DNA of 64,000 bases from NCBI GenBank assembly GCA_024684955.1, contig JAIKWH010000023.1:12624-76623 (forward strand), read 5' to 3'. Below the pieces are notes generated by a model. That model was not told the DNA's origin, did not search any database, and was given only the letters and a program-made list of their open reading frames with translations. Numbering within the stretch: position 1 is the first letter of the stretch; every line of letters starts with the position of its first letter. Positions 59,201 to 64,000 of the stretch are shown piece after piece. Source of the stretch: Pseudobutyrivibrio sp. Its GTDB lineage: Bacteria > Bacillota > Clostridia > Lachnospirales > Lachnospiraceae. The translations under genes and the position numbers were made by a program.

Positions 59201-60261
59201 TCGTCATCTCCGGCACTAGTTGGGTAAAGGTAGTAGGTGCCATCCTCATAGAGTATGTCTGGATCTGCACATGATGGTAGAATTGGATTAGTGTAGGAAT
59301 CTGCACCTACAGACTCCTCCTCAAATTCGCTGACAACCAAATTCTCGTATCTGGTATGGCTAATCCAGTTTCTCATTCCAATTCCACCACTTGTATGGGT
59401 AGAATCCTTTATGTATAACTTTGCATAATTCTTTCCATTGTAATCTACGTAGCAGTTGATGTGGCTGCCATAGCAGGTTACTGTCAAATGATATGTTTTG
59501 CCATACTCCACTGGCAAATTCTTTGAAGCAATCTCATGCCAATTGTTGCCTGAAGACCTGCCCAATGTCAGGGTCTGGCCCTTTGCGTTGAGGCAGAGAT
59601 AATATCCGTAGTAACCATCAGCCTGGTTTCCTTCTCCACGGCTTGCCCTAAACAGAATACCGCCCTGGGCGCTGGACTGGTCACCCATGCTGGCCTGTTT
59701 TTCCACAGTTACATCTGCTTCAAAGGCAAAATTTGTAAAGTCCTGCCTCTTTGAAATGGCCTTGTTGCCGTTTCCGCCGTCGATTCTCGCAACCCCATCT
59801 TCTGCGCTAAATGTGGCAGCATTAGGTCCGTTGTAAGTGTCAAACTCTGAAAGGTCATCTAAGTCAGGCACGTAAAGGATTTCTCCCATGCCCTCTACCT
59901 TAGGCCATGTTCTTACAAATTCTTTTTCTTCGTCTTCTTCAAGGACATCCATGTCCTCTGCTAGGATTTCAAATTCAGCCTCAGGCTCTGCTGCGGGCTC
60001 CTCAGGCTCCGCTGCAGGCTCAGCCTCTGGGTCCACCTCTGGCTCTGCCTCAGGCTTTGTCTCCACTACAGGAGTTTTCTCTGAATCCTTGTCTGAATCC
60101 TCTTCTGGATTCTCTTCTGGATTTGCTTTTGGCTCTTGCAGGTCGGTCGCATTGTAGATTTCATCCAGGTCTGCCGCAGCAAAAACCATCTGCGGATTGG
60201 CAGGTTGGATGAGCATAGCTGCAGCCATAATACCAGCTAAGCACTTTTTAATCCCCCTCAT
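53284..60261 (-). CDS. Secreted multimodular enzyme with three GH43-like modules, DUF1080-like, LamG-like, CBM6/35-like and Ig-like domains
   Basis: Signal peptide and Glu/Pro linker; three motif sets: ADP..WAPD..IDAH..EGP, RDP..WAPE..IDTS..EGG and ADP..WAPE..IDQ..EGP; IDNLKIYNRVL (LamG); IEAE/YEAE...LDYI (CBM); C-terminal WSSS/SSN Ig-like repeats. Confidence 0.9.
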   Translation of the reverse strand: MRGIKKCLAGIMAAAMLIQPANPQMVFAAADLDEIYNATDLQEPKANPEENPEEDSDKDSEKTPVVETKPEAEPEVDPEAEPAAEPEEPAAEPEAEFEILAEDMDVLEEDEEKEFVRTWPKVEGMGEILYVPDLDDLSEFDTYNGPNAATFSAEDGVARIDGGNGNKAISKRQDFTNFAFEADVTVEKQASMGDQSSAQGGILFRASRGEGNQADGYYGYYLCLNAKGQTLTLGRSSGNNWHEIASKNLPVEYGKTYHLTVTCYGSHINCYVDYNGKNYAKLYIKDSTHTSGGIGMRNWISHTRYENLVVSEFEEESVGADSYTNPILPSCADPDILYEDGTYYLYPTSAGDDDKGIKVYTSTDLVHWTDQGLAFAKNDGWGTGDFWAPDLIKKDDSYYMYYVANEQICVATSDSPLGPFTQEVKEPMDASEKNIDAHIFYDSASDKYYIYYVRFTGGNVIWGAELSDDMMSIKKDTLTQIVNANQGWDQDMGNINEGPFMLTYEGKYYLTYSGAHFQSINYGSAFAVSDSPLGNFKKYEGNPIMKSNSTVHGTGHHCITYSPDGSEMFMVYHCHNNLSQTEPRRLCIDRIHFTKDADGNVILEAKGPTITAQSLPSGAVDVANFIEAGQLPEVKVADNASAAEIEAALPASITVKTSKGDKTAEVTWNAKNVKNSDDEADVEGRIVLGDDIKNLGNKSLVVKAHIIIGNKLVEKKINQVLDSIQIPSADSIKGNIYLPEELDEVVLKWKSNKPLVISDKAVPQDDYYDIPAGVVNRQRKDTKVTLTVTGTYENVSVSRKIKVTVAKALKDEDDYVGYLYAHFREFPGVKGNQDIFYGISKDGLNWTALNNNEAVLKSSVGDKATRDPYIIRSAEGDRFFLLATDQDIYKYGDAVAWDKLSTQGSTCLTIFESTDLIHWTNERCVDVAGSIGGGCAWAPEAIYDENTGEYLVYWASKIAADNYSRQYTFVSRTRDFYTFSEPELFNNFGSNIDTSILAGEDGQYYRLTKIESDMHVRLDMATDYLRAYGDDVSTVKVGDLTFNMVGGNYTYVENTADSCLETFRGNYEGGTMFKFNDRDQWCVMLDEYGGQTRGYIPFVTSDPAEPNSIRALDEQDYVMTEGCKHGVIIPLTAKEYDALVAEYGVAAGKFASLDQEEDPIVAFDFEKAAGDEIIPEAGQEYKLSLSEGAEVKKTSEDNKALYLDGKKGAVASFAQGLFDGAENMSISMDLTPGSAAGFMSALTLAGDASHFAQVAVGSDSLRAYVSARGANKGLGVSTGYPGTRDSNIHLDVTLHDHILTLYVNGICIGSQKVRNISELGSQLALSLGQSVAGSNYYTGYIDNLKIYNRVLTKEELNAKEMTSVAEKIEAETGVLTGKARTATNGAASGGVKVGYIDDMDSTVTLKLNVPEAGTYAIDVAADGDRNAFPNSSHRYWINGDEANAQIINYDKSSNWDVWSLYRIEVALNEGENTITFSHSGRDNSFSELDYIMLHLLEEPEFSLYADGQPMENFDAAKEICQVRVDDLDALPEISVEYAEGTDKSFVAQIVQGSKDRPEAYVKLTCTKDLNYMKSYTIRFVGPDSFESHLVNYGADPFVTYQNGYYYYIFMDRSNKGIYITKSAELDRIGQVEPVCVYMPSGDEPSAELWAPELHFIQGKWYIYYTAGAGSAHRMYALEAKTEDAQGEYTFMGKMSPATDRWAIDQTVLEVGGNLYAIWSGWDGFVDGEQRLYIAKMENPWTISGDRVELSRPEYAWEINERPTINEGPQIAVSPTGVASIVYSASGSWSDTYCLGCLTLRAGADPMEASSWSKAAEPIFEKNDNTTFSTGHACFVGSPDGKEDYLVFHATRFAGGGWNGRGVRIQQAYWNEDGSPFMGPSAEFTDLVNAPTGTKQTDYDRYEAEDAILTGVSPTTTYNSSNNACLYKLVDKNTKAEFTVEAPASGKYRLYLGASTGNNDAALLVQVNDETFEKAVYNFNAAAGNQLCVDNWFGYELDVDLIEGANTILVSGVGNKAEAALDYIEIANLEEATSPNPEPVEPEEPAIDITTEQEFAMQEGEIRRIYPMNSLEVNPQIKWSSSRSRYVSVEKGLVKALRATSKPVTITASLDGEIIREFTVTVEKNVTIDSKNVRTYSDFLTYVDAPDTVEIAAGETASVRVRGGLLATGGKVTFTDCDGDIASTTAGGRPGYYQITAGEETGVHYVLWTVRARGIFGIPFKASGLTRVVVTNPLKAEDLVLLANGQEMEETEEGFVIELKKNDSCKITASLPYGCTDSGNVSLRSSNRNVSVDRYGKITGLKSGKSSKVTVRVGNVTKTITVKVSK

Positions 60262-60556
60262 TTTTACCCCCTTTTCTTTTTCCTTTAACCATTTTTTCCA
60301 ATGAGTTCTTTGTAGTCCATCCCTTGGAGTATAGGGACATTCCTACATTAAGCCTTCTTAATTTTAACAATTCCCCTGCTTATGGTATTTATAATTTTTG
60401 AACATGATTTTAAAGATTTTTGTTTTCACTGAGAAAATTCACAACATAATGAAATTTTACATATTGACATAGAATTAAACAGGAAGGAAAATTAGATAAA
60501 GACTTCTTTTAGTCGCTTATTCTGTATTGATTTTTTAGCATAATTGGGAGGGGAAA

Positions 60557-62026
60557 ATGACACTAACAGAAAAACATATCATTCAAAAAAACAACAAGGC
60601 TATGCTAATAAGCACCCTTATTGTCATCGCAATGCTAGTTGTGACTCTTTTTGAATTCAACAATACCGGATTTATCCAATCCATTATCCGGCTCATCTTT
60701 TTATTCGGCACCGAAATCTTTATTGTCATAATGTATAGGGTAAAAGGAAAGGACGAATTCTTTGCTCACCTGGCAAACTATGGACTCCTATCCACCTATA
60801 TGGCCATGATGTTTACCACAAATCAATTTGGAGTCTACACATTTGGATTCCCAATTATGATTCAGGTTATTATCTTCCAGCAGAGGAAATTGCTTTTGGC
60901 TGGCTCCATTGCTTGCTCAGTTGTAAATCTGATTTTTGATATCATATTCTACAATACTCATCCAGACATGTTTGCCCCTCGAGATGTATTTCTGCAGTGG
61001 GCAACTCTTCTCATAGGCATTGCCTGCAGTTGGATTGCAGTTGTCACCATGACAGGACAAACCGAGGACATTGTAGACGAAGTGGCCAAAGGGGCGGACG
61101 AGCAAAAATCCACCTCATCTGCAGTGTTGCAACATGCCAAAAATCTCGCCCAGCAGTTTGCTTTGGCAAACTCTGCTCTAAATGAGTTAAATGAATGTAT
61201 GGAAAATAGCAGTCGTGCTACTAACGAGATAACAAATTCTGCTCAAATTTCAGCAAGAACTGTTGGCGAACAAACCTCTCAAACCAGAGAAATCTTTAAT
61301 GCCATTAGCAAAATAGATGGAAAAACATCAGAAATGGATACCCTTTCAGCATCTACAACCAGTGCTGTAAATGAAGGTGTAGAACTAATTGACCAGTTGA
61401 AAAACCAATCTGCAGAGGTTGCACAGATTAGTCGTGAGACCAGAGATATTGCAGAAAACCTCAACGACAGTATTGGAGAGGTAGCAGAGATTTCAAATTC
61501 AATCCTTGGCATTTCTGCCCAGACAAACCTCCTTGCCCTCAATGCATCTATCGAGGCTGCCAGAGCCGGTGAGGCAGGAAAAGGATTTGCAGTTGTTGCT
61601 GATCAAATTCGAGAACTTTCAGAGCAGACAAAAACTGCCACAGAACAGATTACAGCCATCGTTGAAAAACTTACAGCTGATGCCCATCATGCAGTTGAAT
61701 CCCTTTCAAAAAGCGCTGAGTATGCAGACAAGCAAAACGATTTAATCACCACCACAGGTGAAAAATTCATAGATATTAAAAATAATTCTGACAAACTTAC
61801 CAGCAGCGTAAACGAAGTTACCGATTCTGTGGAGGGCGTGGTACAGGCAAACGATTCTGTTAAGGCAAACCTGGAGAGCCTATCATCAGTCAGCGAGGAA
61901 ATTGCAAGTTCTACCGAGAATTCTCAAGAACTGAGCAATGAAAGCATGAAAAAGCTGGCAATGCTCAAAGAATACCTAAAGGCCATCAACGAAATCTCCG
62001 ACCAGATGAAGGGATTGGCAGAATAA
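60557..62026 (+). CDS. Methyl-accepting chemotaxis protein
   Basis: Multi-TM N-terminus; [39 protein letters not shown]. Confidence 0.95.
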   Translation: MTLTEKHIIQKNNKAMLISTLIVIAMLVVTLFEFNNTGFIQSIIRLIFLFGTEIFIVIMYRVKGKDEFFAHLANYGLLSTYMAMMFTTNQFGVYTFGFPIMIQVIIFQQRKLLLAGSIACSVVNLIFDIIFYNTHPDMFAPRDVFLQWATLLIGIACSWIAVVTMTGQTEDIVDEVAKGADEQKSTSSAVLQHAKNLAQQFALANSALNELNECMENSSRATNEITNSAQISARTVGEQTSQTREIFNAISKIDGKTSEMDTLSASTTSAVNEGVELIDQLKNQSAEVAQISRETRDIAENLNDSIGEVAEISNSILGISAQTNLLALNASIEAARAGEAGKGFAVVADQIRELSEQTKTATEQITAIVEKLTADAHHAVESLSKSAEYADKQNDLITTTGEKFIDIKNNSDKLTSSVNEVTDSVEGVVQANDSVKANLESLSSVSEEIASSTENSQELSNESMKKLAMLKEYLKAINEISDQMKGLAE

Positions 62027-62052
62027 AATTATTGTCACAGAGATTATTAAAA

Positions 62053-62075
62053 CAGCCAGGCTATATGCCTGGCTG
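62053..62075 (+). terminator. Hairpin after the MCP gene
   Basis: CAGCCAGGC-TATAT-GCCTGGCTG. Confidence 0.7.
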
Positions 62076-62078
62076 AAC

Positions 62079-62162
62079 CTTTGAAACTTTTTCTGTAAAT
62101 ATGGAACTTCTATGATAATTTAGATTTATGAAGGGTGTAGCCAGATTGGCCACATCCTTTTT
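62079..62162 (+). repeat. 84-bp dispersed element, copy B
   Basis: Inverted copy of 49120-49203; TGATAAT followed by the hairpin GGGTGTAGCCA-GAT-TGGCCACATCC and a T-run. Confidence 0.9.
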
Positions 62163-62336
62163 TAATATACATATACCTTAAATCTATCGTCAGTTTTTTA
62201 CATAAATAAGAAGATGGGTTTCCTACATAGAATCAGTTTATAATTTGACAATAAAAGTGTTAAAATTTTACAATTTAGAACAATTTTAAAGCACCTTTCC
62301 ATGATATATAATCAAATAATGGGAAAGGGGTTTTTT

Positions 62337-64000
62337 ATGAATTGGTTCCGCAATTTACCTATAAGAAATAAGATTTTAAGCTACATGCTGGTTTTTACAA
62401 CACTACCTATAATTCTTGTTACAGCAATAGCTTTATCTATCAGTTATCACAACGCAAAAGATCAGCTCATCTACTATCACCGTATGAGTAGTGGATGGCT
62501 TCAAGATAGTCTAAACCTTGAAATGCAAGACACCATGAAACAGATTTATAGTTTTGAAGCAGACAAGTCTGTTCGAAATGTTATCTTATCTTGGTGTGGG
62601 GCAAATCAAAATCTAACATATTCTCAAAGATGGGATTTAATTTCTGCAATGAACTCCATGATTAGTATGGAAAGTTCCATTAACTCCATTGACCTTTATA
62701 ACTATTCACAAGAACAAGTACTAGTAGCAGAACGCTCTGGTGCCACTTTGGAAGATACAGGCTCTAAATTAGGCTTTTGGTTGGATCATCCTAAGGATTT
62801 ACAAAACAATCTTGTTTATTTCCGCATGGATGATGAGATTTTACAAGTTCATGAGCTACATCGATTTGAGGATAATCAGCCAATAGGCCTTCTCGTTATT
62901 CATATTAGACCATATGCTCTTCAAAGAACTCTTAGTGATATCAAAACGATACCAGAAGAAAGTATTTTCATTTTAAATGACCAGGATGAGCTTATAGAAT
63001 CTGACCTTGGAGAAGATGCACCTGCTGTCACAGCCAAGTTAGGCAAGATTAAAGATTTACTTATATCAAAAGAGCAAAAAGAAATTTACTTTGAGAATCA
63101 ATTTTGGTTTTATAAGCCGATTAATAATGGAAAGCTTCAGTTAATAGTTTCCGTGCCAGAAAAGACAATCTCAAAAAGTTTATATCCGATGATTGCAACT
63201 GCAGTACTTATTGCAATACTAATGGCCATTGCCGACATTCTTTGCTCTGTTTGGTACTCTTCTTTGATTAGTAAACCAATACAAAAGCTTTCTCATGAAA
63301 TGCAAAATCTAAAGCTTGATAATTATCAACTCAAGCATTCTAGTGATCGCTCTGATGAAATTGGTGTTTTACAAGAAAGCTTTGATTCAATGATTCTTAG
63401 AAATAAAGAATTAATCGAGCAAGAGTATCAAAGCCAGATAGAAAAAAGAAGTGCACAACTAAAGGCATTGCAGGCCCAGATTAATCCGCATTTTATGTAT
63501 AATACCCTACAAGTTATTGGGGGAATGTCATTGCAGCACAATGCTCCAGAGATTTATCGTATAACTGTTGCACTTTGCGATATTATGCGCTATTCTTTGA
63601 ATTTTTCAAAGGAAACTGTGGCTTTAAAGGAGGAAATATCCTATTTAGAAAGCTACATAATGATTCAAAATGAAAGGTTCGGGGGACATATTAGACTAAA
63701 CCTTAATGTACCTGAAGAAACTCTTTCTTGCATGGTTCCAAAACTTATATTACAACCGCTTGCAGAAAATAGTTTTGAATATGGTTTTTCTAACCAAACT
63801 AGCGATTGTGTATTGAGTATTGAAAGCAGTTTTATAAACGATCAGGACTTAGAAATAAAGGTTATGGATAACGGAGTGGGATTTGTACCTGAACGCCTCG
63901 CGGAAATACAGGGTTCATTAAACCGAGATATGAATAGTTCACTAAATTTAAAATCACATATTGGTCTAAGTAACGTTCATAACAGAATTCGTCTACATAG
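62337..64000 (+). CDS. Sensor histidine kinase (YesM-like), truncated by the window end
   Basis: Manual translation: MNWFRNLPIRNKILSYML..., HAMP (SKPIQKL...SDEIGVL), KALQAQINPHFMYNTL, LQPLAENS, DNGVG, IGLSNVHNRIRL; runs off the edge. Confidence 0.88.
   Translation, partial: MNWFRNLPIRNKILSYMLVFTTLPIILVTAIALSISYHNAKDQLIYYHRMSSGWLQDSLNLEMQDTMKQIYSFEADKSVRNVILSWCGANQNLTYSQRWDLISAMNSMISMESSINSIDLYNYSQEQVLVAERSGATLEDTGSKLGFWLDHPKDLQNNLVYFRMDDEILQVHELHRFEDNQPIGLLVIHIRPYALQRTLSDIKTIPEESIFILNDQDELIESDLGEDAPAVTAKLGKIKDLLISKEQKEIYFENQFWFYKPINNGKLQLIVSVPEKTISKSLYPMIATAVLIAILMAIADILCSVWYSSLISKPIQKLSHEMQNLKLDNYQLKHSSDRSDEIGVLQESFDSMILRNKELIEQEYQSQIEKRSAQLKALQAQINPHFMYNTLQVIGGMSLQHNAPEIYRITVALCDIMRYSLNFSKETVALKEEISYLESYIMIQNERFGGHIRLNLNVPEETLSCMVPKLILQPLAENSFEYGFSNQTSDCVLSIESSFINDQDLEIKVMDNGVGFVPERLAEIQGSLNRDMNSSLNLKSHIGLSNVHNRIRLH

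Noticed and set aside
59888-60212. Antisense ORFs and a possible DNA repeat at the 5' end of the GH43 gene
   Set aside because: They are explained by the Glu/Pro/Ala linker encoded on the minus strand.
1-64000. rRNA, tRNA, IS transposases, integrases, prophage genes, and the many 60-170 aa antisense ORFs in the track
   Set aside because: I recognised no such motifs; the short ORFs lie opposite or inside well-supported genes.

Overview
This 64 kb window looks like chromosomal DNA from a Lachnospiraceae-type anaerobe, probably Butyrivibrio/Pseudobutyrivibrio-like. That assignment is inferred from the butyryl-CoA:acetate CoA-transferase, the YesMN/ABC sugar loci and a giant secreted GH43 enzyme. 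Most of the window encodes carbohydrate use (GH94 chitobiose phosphorylase with a phosphomutase, two ABC systems, GH30, a three-module GH43 protein), signalling (hybrid kinases, three HD-GYP proteins, an MCP), redox and sulfur metabolism (trxB-like, trxA, OhrR-like regulator, cysK) and housekeeping (rlmI-like, nnr, rplY). I saw no rRNA, tRNA, transposase, integrase or cas gene. The most unusual region is an AT-rich island at about 45.2-49.2 kb centred on an uncharacterised PD-(D/E)XK-type nuclease gene. Upstream of that gene is a phased array with a period of about 72-73 bp. Each unit is a 9-bp inverted-repeat dyad (GGCAGATAA-N19/20-TTWKCTGCC) around a variable core. Downstream is a 45-bp iteron-like tandem repeat, and a second cluster of the same dyads lies 2.5 kb away. 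Other notable items are an 84-bp promoter-plus-hairpin element present twice in inverted orientation 13 kb apart, a membrane-anchored TIR/beta-propeller protein, an HD-GYP/hybrid kinase/Hpt fusion, and a decayed LysR gene next to an intact CYS-box. All product calls come from motif recognition by eye; no database searches were run.
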